This document shows positions 1 to 9,786 of a DNA stretch of 32,000 bases, one piece after another (positions within the stretch are counted from its first letter, which is position 1; every line of letters begins with the position of its first letter). The notes under the pieces are model-generated. The model was not told the DNA's origin. It saw only the letters and a program-made list of their open reading frames with translations, and ran no database searches. The position numbers and the translations under genes are program-made. This DNA comes from Comamonadaceae bacterium (GTDB taxonomy: Bacteria > Pseudomonadota > Gammaproteobacteria > Burkholderiales > Burkholderiaceae_C), in assembly GCA_947476465.1 (NCBI GenBank), contig CANJQN010000012.1, positions 59,468 to 91,467 on the forward strand, read 5' to 3'.

Positions 1-1
1 G

Positions 2-418
2 AACGAAGCCCGTGCCTGCCTGGACGAGATCGACGCCGTGCTGGACCAGCCCGCCCTGGGCGACGAGGCGTTTCACCGTTACGTGACGCTCAACGAGCGC
101 TTCCATGAACTGCTGCGCGAGATGGCCGGCAGCGGCACCATCGCCCGCGAGCTCGACCGCGTGGTGCGCCTGCCCTTTGCCTCGCCCTCGGGCTTCGTCG
201 TGTTGCAAGCCAACTCGCCCCGCGCGCGCGACATGCTGATCGTCGCGCAGGACCAGCACCGGCAGGTGCTCGAGGCCATCGTCGCCCGCGAGGGCGCGCG
301 CGCCGACGCCATCATGCGCGAGCATTCGCGCCTGGCGCAGCGCAATCTTCGCGAGGCGGTGGAAAGCCGCAGCCTCGACCGCATGCCCGGCGTGCGCCTG
401 ATCCGCCAGCGCCCATGA
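2..418 (+). CDS. GntR-family transcriptional regulator, C-terminal FCD-type effector-binding domain (the 5' part of the gene lies upstream of the window)
   Basis: The reading frame is open from the window edge to the stop at 416-418. The sequence is all-helical and Arg/Leu/Glu-rich, with FCD-like segments (NERFHELL, DQHRQVLEAIVAREGARADAIMREH). Third codon positions are G/C-rich. Confidence 0.6.
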   Translation, partial: NEARACLDEIDAVLDQPALGDEAFHRYVTLNERFHELLREMAGSGTIARELDRVVRLPFASPSGFVVLQANSPRARDMLIVAQDQHRQVLEAIVAREGARADAIMREHSRLAQRNLREAVESRSLDRMPGVRLIRQRP

Positions 419-497
419 GGCGGAGTTACCATCTCGCGGGCACTGCGCCGCGGCACACGAATCCCGTTCCGACCCTTCCTTGTTCAGGAGACCTCCC

Positions 498-1670
498 ATG
501 AAAAAAAGAACCCTCATCCAGGCCGCGGCCCTCGCCGTGCTGGCATCCACCGGCGGCCTTGCACTGGCGCAGACCGCTCCCTTCAAGATCGGCCTCATCC
601 TGCCGATGTCCGGGCAGCAGGCCACCACCGGCCGCCAGATCGAAGCCGCCGTCAAACTGTGGATGGCACAGAACGGCGACACCGTGGCCGGCCGAAAGGT
701 GCAGGTGGTCCTCAAGGACGACACCAGCTTGCCCGACGTCACCCGCCGCCTGGCGCAGGAACTGGTGGTCAATGACAAGGTCGACGTGCTGGCTGGCTTC
801 GGCATCACGCCCTCGGCCATGGCGGTGGCGCCGATCGCCACGCAGTCCAAGACCCCGCTGGTGGTGATGGCCGCGGCCACCTCCAGCATCACCGAGGCCT
901 CACCCTACATCGTGCGCACCAGCTTCACGCTGCCGCAGGCTTCGGTGGCCCTGGCCGACTGGGCGCCCAAGAATGGCATCAAGAAGGTGGTGAGCCTGGT
1001 TTCCGACTACGGCCCCGGCATCGACGCCGAGAAGTTCTTCAAGGAACGCCTGCAGCTCAACGGCGGCCAGGTGACTGAGTCGCTGCGCGTGCCGCTGCGC
1101 AACCCGGACTTCGCGCCCTTCCTGCAGAAGGTGCGCGATCTCAAGCCCGACGCGCTGTTCGTGTTCGTGCCCTCGGGCGCCGGCGCGGCGGTGATGAAGC
1201 AGTTTTTTGAGCGCGGCATGGACAAGGCCGGCATCAAACTGATCGCCACCGGCGACGTGACCGACGACGACCAGCTCAATGACATGGGCGACAACGCCCT
1301 GGGCGTGGTCACCTCGCACCACTACTCGGCGGCCCACCCGTCGGCGGCCAACAAGAAGTTCGTCGCCGAGTTCCAGAAGGCCAACAAGAACATGCGCCCC
1401 AACTTCATGGCCATGGGCGGCTATGACGGCATGCGCGTGATCTACGAAGCCCTCAAGAAGACCGGCGGCAAGGCCGGCGGCGACGCGCTGCTGGCCGGCA
1501 TGAAGGGCCAGATCTTCGAGAGCCCGCGCGGCCCGGTCTACATCGACGCGCAGACGCGCGACATCGTGCAGAACATCTATCTGCGCAAGGTCGAGAAGAA
1601 GGACGGCCAGCTGTGGAACGTGGAGTTTGATGTGATCAAGGATGTGAAGGATCCGGGCAAGACCAAGTAA
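498..1670 (+). CDS. Branched-chain/aliphatic amino-acid ABC transporter substrate-binding protein (LivK/LivJ-like type I periplasmic binding protein)
   Basis: ATG at 498 is preceded by AGGAG at 486-490. There is a signal peptide (MKKRTLIQAAALAVLASTGGLALAQ). FKIGLILPMSGQQATTGRQ and the overall pattern are typical of the Leu/Ile/Val-binding family. It is followed by two permease and two ATPase genes. Confidence 0.9.
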   Translation: MKKRTLIQAAALAVLASTGGLALAQTAPFKIGLILPMSGQQATTGRQIEAAVKLWMAQNGDTVAGRKVQVVLKDDTSLPDVTRRLAQELVVNDKVDVLAGFGITPSAMAVAPIATQSKTPLVVMAAATSSITEASPYIVRTSFTLPQASVALADWAPKNGIKKVVSLVSDYGPGIDAEKFFKERLQLNGGQVTESLRVPLRNPDFAPFLQKVRDLKPDALFVFVPSGAGAAVMKQFFERGMDKAGIKLIATGDVTDDDQLNDMGDNALGVVTSHHYSAAHPSAANKKFVAEFQKANKNMRPNFMAMGGYDGMRVIYEALKKTGGKAGGDALLAGMKGQIFESPRGPVYIDAQTRDIVQNIYLRKVEKKDGQLWNVEFDVIKDVKDPGKTK

Positions 1671-1711
1671 GTCATCAGCCACGCCCGACGGTCCGTCGAT
1701 CACCATCCGAA

Positions 1712-1760
1712 CCGTTCGGGCTGAGCTTGTCGAAGCCTTCGACAGGCTCAGGCCGAACGG
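1712..1760. repeat. REP family 1 palindromic element
   Basis: In CCGTTCGGGCTGAGCTTGTCGAAGC-CTTCGACAGGCTCAGGCCGAACGG the arms are complementary at 22 of 24 positions. It is intergenic between the binding-protein and permease genes. Confidence 0.85.
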
Positions 1761-1828
1761 TCTGGGTTGCGAGCCGACCTTGCACTCAAGCCAATCTTGG
1801 GTGCAAGCCGATCGGCTCTCAGACCAAT

Positions 1829-2704
1829 ATGCTCACCATCCTCTTCGACGGCATCGCCTACGGCATGCTCCTGTTCATCCTGGCCCTTGGGCTGGCGGTG
1901 ACCATGGGGCTGATGAATTTCATCAACCTGGCCCATGGCGCCTTCGCTATGGCCGGTGGCTACATCACCGTGCTGCTGATGCAGCGCCTGGGCGTGCCCT
2001 TCCTGGTCTGCCTGCCGCTGGCCTTCCTGGGCGCGGCCCTGCTCGGGGGCATTCTCGAGCGCACGCTGTACCGCCCGCTCTATCAAAAGCCCCACCTCGA
2101 CCAGGTGCTTTTTTCCATCGGCCTGACCTTCATGGCGGTGGCCGCGGTCGACTACTTCGTGGGTTCCACCCAGCAGATCGTGCAACTGCCTGAATGGCTC
2201 AAGGGGCGCACCGAGATCGGTGAGGGCGCGTGGCTGCTCGGGATGGGCCACTACCGCCTGTTCATCATCGCGGTGTGCGCGGCGCTCGCGGTGGTGTTGC
2301 AGTGGGTGCTCTCGCGCACCCGTTTTGGCAGCCGGCTGCGGGCCTCGGTCGACGATCAGCGTGTGGCCGCTGGCCTGGGCATCAATGTGAACATCGTGTT
2401 CCTGTCCACCTTCGCCTTCGGCTGCGGGCTGGCCGGGCTGGGCGGCGCACTCGGCGCCGAGGTGCTGGGGCTCGACCCGAGCTTTCCGCTCAAGTTCATG
2501 ATCTATTTCCTGATCGTCGTCGCCGTCGGCGGCACCTCGTCGATCACCGGGCCGCTGCTGGCGGCGCTGCTGCTGGGCATTGCCGACGTGGCGGGCAAGT
2601 ACTACATCCCCAAGATGGGCGCGTTCATCGTGTACCTGCTCATGATCGCCATCCTGATCTGGCGGCCGCAGGGGCTGTTCGTGCGCAGCGGAGGCAAATC
2701 ATGA
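1829..2704 (+). CDS. Branched-chain amino-acid ABC transporter permease (LivH-like)
   Basis: ATG at 1829 (MLTILFDGIAYGMLLFILALGL...). The product is a polytopic membrane protein. The longer ORF start at 1727 runs through a REP element and is rejected. The stop overlaps the next start (ATGA at 2701-2704). Confidence 0.9.
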   Translation: MLTILFDGIAYGMLLFILALGLAVTMGLMNFINLAHGAFAMAGGYITVLLMQRLGVPFLVCLPLAFLGAALLGGILERTLYRPLYQKPHLDQVLFSIGLTFMAVAAVDYFVGSTQQIVQLPEWLKGRTEIGEGAWLLGMGHYRLFIIAVCAALAVVLQWVLSRTRFGSRLRASVDDQRVAAGLGINVNIVFLSTFAFGCGLAGLGGALGAEVLGLDPSFPLKFMIYFLIVVAVGGTSSITGPLLAALLLGIADVAGKYYIPKMGAFIVYLLMIAILIWRPQGLFVRSGGKS

Positions 2705-3716
2705 GCGCCACCCCGCCCGTCGCCGCACCGGCCGAATCGGCCAACGCCGCTGCGCCGGCCCGTCGCGCGCTGCTGCATACCGCGCGCTGGAAGCCCTGGG
2801 AGCCGCTGCTGTGGTTGCTGGTCCTGATCGCGCCGGTGGCGATGCCGCAGTACGCGGCCATCTTCAACGAGATCGCCATCGTGGCCCTGTTCGCGGTGTC
2901 GCTCGATCTGGTGCTGGGCTACACCGGAATCGTCTCGCTGGGCCATGCGGCGTTTTTCGGTTTTGGCGCGTACATCGCCGGCCTGTTCGCCAAGCATGTG
3001 ATGCCCGATCCGCTGGTGGGCCTGGTGGTGGCCATGGCCGGCGCCACGCTGCTCGGGGCGCTGGGCAGCCTGACCATCCAGCGCGGCACCGACCTCACCC
3101 GCCTGATGGTCACCCTGGGCGCGGCCTTGGTGCTGCTGGAACTGGCCAACAAGCTCGACTGGATCACCGGCGGCGCCGACGGCCTGCAGGGCGTGGTGCT
3201 GGGCCCCTTGCTCGGGCGCTTCGAGTTCGACCTGGCCGGCCGCACCGCCGCGTTCTATTCGATCACCGCGCTGATCGTGTTCTTCCTGCTGGCGCGGCGC
3301 CTGGCGCATTCACCCTTCGGTGCCACGCTGGAAGCCATCCGCGACAACCGGCTGCGCGCCATGGCCATCGGCATTCCGGTCGCCTCGCGCCTGGCTGTGG
3401 TCTACACCATCGCTGCGGCCATTGCCGGCGCTGCCGGCGCGCTGCTGGCACAGACCACCGGCTTTGTTTCGCTCGACGTGTTCGACTTCCACCGCTCGGC
3501 CGACGTGATGCTGATCCTGGTGGTGGGCGGCACCGGCTGGCTCTATGGCGGCGTGCTCGGCGCGGTGGTGTTCAAGGTGCTTCAAGACGTGCTGTCGTCC
3601 ATCACGCCGCAGTACTGGACGTTCTGGCTCGGCCTGTTTCTGGTGGTGCTGGTGCTGGTCGGGCGTGAGCGCCTGTTGCGCCCCTGGACCTGGTTCGCCC
3701 GCAAGGGGGACCCACG

Positions 3717-3720
<4 letters not shown>
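2701..3720 (+). CDS. Branched-chain amino-acid ABC transporter permease (LivM-like)
   Basis: ATG at 2701 overlaps the upstream stop. The product is hydrophobic and multi-spanning (GYTGIVSLGHAAFFGFGAYIAG is typical of LivM). The stop overlaps the next start (ATGA at 3717-3720). Confidence 0.9.
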
Positions 3721-4509
<789 letters not shown>

Positions 4510-4517
<8 letters not shown>

Positions 4518-5214
4518 TCTGCTGAACGTCGAAGGCCTGTCCGCCGGTTATGGCGAGGCGGTGGTGATCAACGACGTGTCATTCTCACTGGCCGAGGGCC
4601 AGACCCTGGCCCTGCTGGGGCGCAACGGCACCGGCAAGACCACGCTGATGAACACCCTGGCCGGCGCCACGCGCCAGCATGGCGGGCGCATCAGCCTGGG
4701 CGGTGTGGCGCTGCACAAGCTGCCCTCGCACCAGCGTGCCGGCGCCGGCATCGGCTGGGTGCCGCAAGAGCGCAACATTTTCAAATCGCTCACGGTGCAC
4801 GAGAACCTCACCGCCGTGGCGCGGCCGGGCAAGTGGACCCCCGAGGGCGTCTACACCATGTTCCCGCGACTGGCCGAGCGCAAGGGCAACCTGGGCACGC
4901 AACTGTCAGGCGGCGAGCAGCAGATGCTGGCCGTGGGCCGCGCCCTGGTGCTCAACCCCCGGCTGCTGCTGCTGGACGAACCGCTGGAGGGCCTGGCGCC
5001 CATCATCGTCGAGGAGCTGCTGCGCGCGATCCGCCGCATTACGCGAGACGAGGGCCTGTCGGCCATCATCGTCGAGCAGCATCCGCAGGCCATCCTGGCG
5101 ATTTCCGATTCGGCCGTGGTGCTCGATCGGGGCAGCATCGTGCACAGGGGCACCGCGCGCGAGCTGCGCGAGGCGCCGCAGCTTCTGGATCACCTGCTCG
5201 GCGTCGCACGCTGA
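4510..5214 (+). CDS. ABC transporter ATP-binding protein (LivF-like)
   Basis: ATG at 4510 overlaps the upstream stop at 4515-4517. Walker A GRNGTGKTT, signature LSGGEQQML, Walker B LLLDEP and H-loop IVEQH. Confidence 0.92.
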
Positions 5215-5238
5215 GCGCAATTTCAACCAGGCATTCCC

Positions 5239-6231
5239 ATGACCACCAAGCGCCGCGTCCTCCTCCAATCCACCGCCGTCATTGCCGGGGGGCTTCTGGT
5301 TCCAGTGCTGGCCCTGGCCCAGGCGCCCGCCTTTCCGCGCAAGCCCCTGCGCATCGTGGTGCCCAACGCGCCGGGCGGCGCCGCCGACATCACCGCGCGC
5401 ACCATCGCCCAGGCCATCGGCGGGCCGCTGGGGCAACCGGTGGTCATTGAAAACAAGCCCGGCGCCGGCGGCGTGAGCGCCGGTGAGTCTGTGGCCAAGG
5501 CCGAGCCCGATGGTCACACACTGCTGCTGGTGTCCAGCGGCACGGCGGTGAGCGAGGCGCTGTTCAAGCAGCTGCCTTTCGACACCGTCAAGGATTTCGC
5601 GCCGGTGGCTCAGCTGGCCACCTTCAACTTGGCGCTGTACGTGGCCGACAGCAGCCCTTTCAAGACCCTGGCCGACGTGCTGGCCTATGCCAGGGCCAAT
5701 CCGGGCAAGCTCAATGTCGGCACGCCGCAGGTGGGCACCACGCAGAACCTGGCGGCCGAGCTGTTCAGGGCGGCGGCCGGCATCGACTTCCAGGTCGTTC
5801 CCTTCAACGGCACGCCGCCTGTCATCAACGCGCTGCGCGGCGGCCAACTCGATGTGGGCGTGGATATCCTTGGGCCGCTGATGGGCCAGATCAACGGCAA
5901 GGCCATTCGCGCCATCGCCCTGATGGGCGATCGCCGCGAGCCCCTGCTGCCCGAGGTGCCCACGGTGCGCGAGGCCGGCGGCACCCTGGCCAGTTTCAAC
6001 GCCACCTCCTGGAACGGCCTGGCGGTGCCGGCCAAGACGCCACCAGCGGTGATCGCACGCCTGAACAGCGTCATCAACACCGCCTTGCAGCAACCCGAGG
6101 TGAAGAACAAGCTGGCCGAACTCACCCTCAATGCCCAGGGCAGCACGCCCGAGCAACTGGCCCAGCGCCTGGCGGCCGATGTGCGCAAGTGGGCCGAGGT
6201 GATCGAGCGCGCCAAGATTCCTAAGCAGTGA
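5239..6231 (+). CDS. Tripartite tricarboxylate transporter substrate-binding protein (Bug/TctC family)
   Basis: There is a signal peptide ending ALAQA. Family-typical motifs are PLRIVVPNAPGGAADITARTIAQ, IENKPGAGG and WNGLAVPAKTP. No tctA/tctB genes are adjacent. Confidence 0.9.
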   Translation: MTTKRRVLLQSTAVIAGGLLVPVLALAQAPAFPRKPLRIVVPNAPGGAADITARTIAQAIGGPLGQPVVIENKPGAGGVSAGESVAKAEPDGHTLLLVSSGTAVSEALFKQLPFDTVKDFAPVAQLATFNLALYVADSSPFKTLADVLAYARANPGKLNVGTPQVGTTQNLAAELFRAAAGIDFQVVPFNGTPPVINALRGGQLDVGVDILGPLMGQINGKAIRAIALMGDRREPLLPEVPTVREAGGTLASFNATSWNGLAVPAKTPPAVIARLNSVINTALQQPEVKNKLAELTLNAQGSTPEQLAQRLAADVRKWAEVIERAKIPKQ

Positions 6232-6245
6232 AGGCGGGACCAGCC

Positions 6246-7148
6246 GTGAACATCCGACGCATCGGCCTGATCGGCTACGGCGAAGTGGGGAAGGTTTTCA
6301 GTGGCGCTCTGGTGGGCAAGCCGGGCGTTGAGGCCGTGGCCGCCTGGGACTTGAAGCTTGGGGCCGGCCATGCGCAGCGCGATGCCCAGCAGGCCCATGC
6401 GGCCGCCGCCAGCGTCAAGGCTTGCGAATCCATGCAGGCCTTGTGCGAGGGCAGCGACCTCATCATCTCGGCGGTGACCGCTTCCAACACCTTGGCCGTG
6501 GCGCGTGAGGCCTCAGCCTTTTTGCAACCGGGCGCGATCTTCCTCGACCTCAACTCCGCCTCGCCCGGCACCAAGCAGCAGTGCGCGGCCTTGGCACAGG
6601 CGCGCGGCGCGCGCTACGTCGAAGCTGGCGTCATGACCTCGGTGCCGCCCTACGGCATTCGCGTGCCCATGCTGCTGGGCGGCGCCGCGGCGGCCGAGCT
6701 CGCGCCGCTGCTGGCGGCCTGGGGCATGGATGCCAAGGCAGTCAGCGACAAGCTGGGCGTGGCCAGCGCGATCAAGATGTGCCGCAGTGTGATGATCAAG
6801 GGCCTGGAGGCGCTGGTGATCGAGAGCTACGCCACCGCCCGCGCCTATGGGGTGGAGGACCATGTGCTGCCCACGCTGGCCGAAACCTTCCCGAGCATCG
6901 ACTGGCAAAAGCAGGGCGCCTACTTCTTCAGCCGGGTGGTGCAGCATGGCCAGCGCCGCGCCGAGGAAATGCGCGAGGCGGCCAACACCGTGCGTGAGGT
7001 CGGCTTCGCGCCGCTGATGACGGCGGCGATTGCCGACAAGCAGCAGTGGGTGGCCGACCAGGCCGCCGCGGGCGTCTTTGAGGGCCTGGCCAAGGATGCG
7101 TCCTGGCAGGACTATGCCGACAGGCTGCTGGACGCCCGCAAGGACTGA
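6246..7148 (+). CDS. NAD(P)-binding oxidoreductase with a 6-phosphogluconate/beta-hydroxyacid dehydrogenase-like N-domain and a DUF1932-type C-terminal domain
   Basis: The Rossmann motif IGLIGYGEVG sits at the N-terminus when the GTG at 6246 is used (AAGG lies 11 nt upstream). The alternative GTG at 6228 overlaps the upstream stop. The C-terminal half is helical. Confidence 0.65.
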   Translation: MNIRRIGLIGYGEVGKVFSGALVGKPGVEAVAAWDLKLGAGHAQRDAQQAHAAAASVKACESMQALCEGSDLIISAVTASNTLAVAREASAFLQPGAIFLDLNSASPGTKQQCAALAQARGARYVEAGVMTSVPPYGIRVPMLLGGAAAAELAPLLAAWGMDAKAVSDKLGVASAIKMCRSVMIKGLEALVIESYATARAYGVEDHVLPTLAETFPSIDWQKQGAYFFSRVVQHGQRRAEEMREAANTVREVGFAPLMTAAIADKQQWVADQAAAGVFEGLAKDASWQDYADRLLDARKD

Positions 7149-7200
7149 GCACCGGTCGCGGCCCTGTTGAGTTTTTCGTGTTTCGTGACACATACCATTG

Positions 7201-7273
7201 CGTTCGCCCTGAGCTTGTCGAAGGGCTTCGACAGGCCTGTCCTGAGCATCGTCGAAGGGCTCAGCCCGAACGG
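7201..7273. repeat. REP family 1 palindromic element, 1.5 units (GTTCGCCCTGAGCTTGTCGAAGGGC / GCCCTTCGAC...GCTCAGCCCGAACGG type)
   Basis: The element is intergenic between convergent genes. The same arms recur at 1712-1760, 12986-13035 and 16703-16894. Confidence 0.85.
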
Positions 7274-7306
7274 AATGTGAGGCAGTAAGCCACGAAATAC
7301 TCAATA

Positions 7307-7320
7307 AGACCCGCCGGTCT
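7307..7320 (-). terminator. Possible weak intrinsic terminator hairpin downstream of the 812-aa gene
   Basis: On the minus strand, AGACC-GGCG-GGTCT (5-bp stem, 4-nt loop) is followed by UAUUGAGUAUUU. The stem is short. Confidence 0.3.
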
Positions 7321-7330
7321 GCCCAGGCTC

Positions 7331-9769
7331 TTATTGCGCTGAGAGCATCATCTCCAGCGCCCGCAAACCCTCCACCAGTGGCGCCAGAGCCTTGGCCTGC
7401 GGACCCGTGCCCAGCAAAGCCGCCTCTGCGCGCAAGAACGCGATCCGCGGATCGGCGGCCGGCTTGCCGCCGGCCTGGGTGTCCTTGGCGGTGGCCTGCG
7501 GCGGGCCGTCGCGTTCCGGTGACTGCACGCGAACGCAGTAGGTGGAATAGAGCTCGACGATCCCGCGTAGCCGCATCGCCAGGGTGGGCTGGGCGGCCGA
7601 TCCCTGGGCCTTCGACGTGCTCGAAGCCTGGCGCAGGATCTGAGACACCAGGGCTGCGCGCAATTGCCGGAAGGTGCCTTCGTCCGGTGCCGCACCGCTG
7701 CCCGACAACAGCCATCCGGCCGCCACCGTCGCCAGATCAACTTCGGTGGCGGCCAGCAAGGCGCATTGAAGCACTTCGCTGTGCAACTTGGATCGGTCCA
7801 GGCCGTCCGGTGCGCAGCAGGCCGCCGCGACGCAGCGCGCCTTGTCGGCCCGAGGCAAGCCGCTGCCGCGCAGTGCGGCCAGGGGCCCATCGCCCAGCGC
7901 CAGGCCCAGGGCCAGCGGTTCGGGCAAGTCGGCGCCGGCCTTGGGTGCGGGCAGCAGGGCGCGTTGGGCGGGTGGCAGGGCCGCGATGGCCTGAGAGAGT
8001 CGCAATGAGGCGCTTGCATGTGCCTCGCCAGCACCAGGGCCGGCACCTTTCAGGGCGGGCACCAGATAACACGTGAGCGCGGCACCCCGGGCCGTGCCGG
8101 CCTGCGTCATCGGCCCGGCCAGTGCGCCCAACTGCTCTGCGTTCATGCTGGCACCGCCTGCGGCCAAGGCCATGCCGTACAACAGCAGTCCCGCCGGCTC
8201 GTCGCCCAGGCTGCTGGACACCAGGACTTGCACCATGGATTCGAGCGTAGCGGCGGGGATGGAGGGGCCGCCACGCGTCGAGACCAGGGCCCGGCCGATC
8301 TGCATCAGCGTCGGGCCCTCAAGCCCAACCAGGTCTTCGGGCGCGAGAGGGGCCGAGGCCTCGGCCGACTTGCTGTCCAGGAGGTTCAAGCTCGGCACCA
8401 GTGGGGCCGCGAGCGCGATCACGCGGGCGAGCTGGGCATCGCCCGTTACGGTGCTGGCCGTGGCATCGGCCAGGGTTGGCGTGCCGGGTGCCTGCGGTGT
8501 CTCCACGGGGGCTGTGATACCGGGTTCGCCAAGCGTGATCAGCGTGTTGAGCAGTCTGGCGGCCACGAGGCGGCCTGGCTGTGTGTGCAGATGCGGGCCC
8601 GCTTCGGCCAGCGCCTGCACCACCGCGAGCAGCCCCTGTGGCCCCAGGGCGCCCGCGCTCGCGCGGGTCAGGCCCACGGCGACGGCTTCGCTGATCTCGA
8701 TGTGTCCGTCGGCGCGCGCCATCGCCCACTTCAGCAGGGGCACGAGGCGTGACGTCAATACCTGCGGCGTCGACGCGCCGTGCCGCACCACCATGCTGGT
8801 CAGGGTGACGATGGCGTTGGCGGCCGCAATGGCGCTGAGTTCGGGCGCCGCGTCCAATTCGCGCAGCACCCGGGACATGACGGCCGCCTGTTGACCGTCC
8901 ACGGCGGCCATCTGCAGCCAGCCGGCCAGGCCGATGTGATAGGCCGGGGGTTCGACTGCGGTCGCGATGGCGTGGCCAAGCAAAGCCCCGGCCTGCGCCT
9001 GGCGCGCCGCGTCGGTTGGCCGGGCCGCGGTGATGGTGTCCATCATCTGGCCGAGCGTGGTGGACAGCGTCTGCAGCGGCCGCGCGCTCTCCAGTGTCTG
9101 GGCGCATTCGAGCAGCGCGGCGATCCACTCGGGCGCCATCGCGTTGTCCGGGAACAGGCTGCACAGGGAGCGGATGGCGATGCAGGTGCGCAGCACGTCC
9201 TTGCCCAGGGATTCGTGCAGGATCTCGCGCAGCACCGGCTTGATCTGGGCCACGCTCACCTGAGGATGGCCCAGGTCGATCACCAGCCCCTTGAACAGCA
9301 TGGCCGCCTTGTGATCGTTGCTGCCCACCGCGCGCTTGCGAACACGCTCGGCCAGCACACCCACCAGCGCCGGCGGGACGGGCCGGGGCGCTTTCTCCAG
9401 CGCCTTGTCCATGAAGGCGGCGAGCTCGAAGTCCTTGTGAAGCTCGGCGGTGACTTGCGCGTCCAGGGCGATCATCCGGGTGCCGGTCGCATCGTCGCTC
9501 GCGGCGAAGCTCAGGTCGAACACCGAACCGTCGGTGCCGATCGCCAGCACGCCCACGGGCGTCGCGGTGCGGCTGCCGATGGCCTTGTGGTCGCCCTTGT
9601 GGGCGGCACCCAAATCACGCGCCGCCTGCTGCGTCGCCAGGGCGCCGGAGCGTTTGGAATCCGGCGGCGAAGGGTTGGCCGCCGTGCGGGACGTTTCCGG
9701 ATGCGCCGACACCGTGCCGCCGGCGCCGCGCATGCGTGGCGGGCGGGTATTCTTGCTCGATGGGGTCAT
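7331..9769 (-). CDS. Hypothetical large Ala/Leu-rich protein (812 aa), paralog of the upstream 708-aa gene, with no family motif that I could recognise
   Basis: The 2.4-kb ORF has G/C-rich third positions, whereas the plus-strand ORFs across it are Arg/Gln/Gly/His-rich shadow frames. Its C-terminal ~170 aa align by eye with the C-terminus of the 708-aa protein (CALLAA, FRQLRAAL vs FRELRSAL, PLVEGLRAL vs PLVDTLRTL). The start lies 17 nt after the upstream stop and has no clear Shine-Dalgarno sequence. Confidence 0.7.
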   Translation of the reverse strand: MTPSSKNTRPPRMRGAGGTVSAHPETSRTAANPSPPDSKRSGALATQQAARDLGAAHKGDHKAIGSRTATPVGVLAIGTDGSVFDLSFAASDDATGTRMIALDAQVTAELHKDFELAAFMDKALEKAPRPVPPALVGVLAERVRKRAVGSNDHKAAMLFKGLVIDLGHPQVSVAQIKPVLREILHESLGKDVLRTCIAIRSLCSLFPDNAMAPEWIAALLECAQTLESARPLQTLSTTLGQMMDTITAARPTDAARQAQAGALLGHAIATAVEPPAYHIGLAGWLQMAAVDGQQAAVMSRVLRELDAAPELSAIAAANAIVTLTSMVVRHGASTPQVLTSRLVPLLKWAMARADGHIEISEAVAVGLTRASAGALGPQGLLAVVQALAEAGPHLHTQPGRLVAARLLNTLITLGEPGITAPVETPQAPGTPTLADATASTVTGDAQLARVIALAAPLVPSLNLLDSKSAEASAPLAPEDLVGLEGPTLMQIGRALVSTRGGPSIPAATLESMVQVLVSSSLGDEPAGLLLYGMALAAGGASMNAEQLGALAGPMTQAGTARGAALTCYLVPALKGAGPGAGEAHASASLRLSQAIAALPPAQRALLPAPKAGADLPEPLALGLALGDGPLAALRGSGLPRADKARCVAAACCAPDGLDRSKLHSEVLQCALLAATEVDLATVAAGWLLSGSGAAPDEGTFRQLRAALVSQILRQASSTSKAQGSAAQPTLAMRLRGIVELYSTYCVRVQSPERDGPPQATAKDTQAGGKPAADPRIAFLRAEAALLGTGPQAKALAPLVEGLRALEMMLSAQ

Positions 9770-9786
9770 GGGGATGGATCGCAGGG

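Noticed and set aside
2230-2700. A long N-terminal extension of the LivM-like ORF overlaps the LivH-like gene.
   Set aside because: The extension is Arg/Gly/Pro-rich out-of-frame read-through of livH. The ATG at 2701 gives the usual ATGA coupling and a normal LivM N-terminus.
5239-6231. An orphan Bug/TctC binding-protein gene without tctA/tctB could be an anomaly.
   Set aside because: Orphan Bug-family genes are known to be massively expanded in Bordetella and Comamonadaceae-type genomes, so this is expected background.
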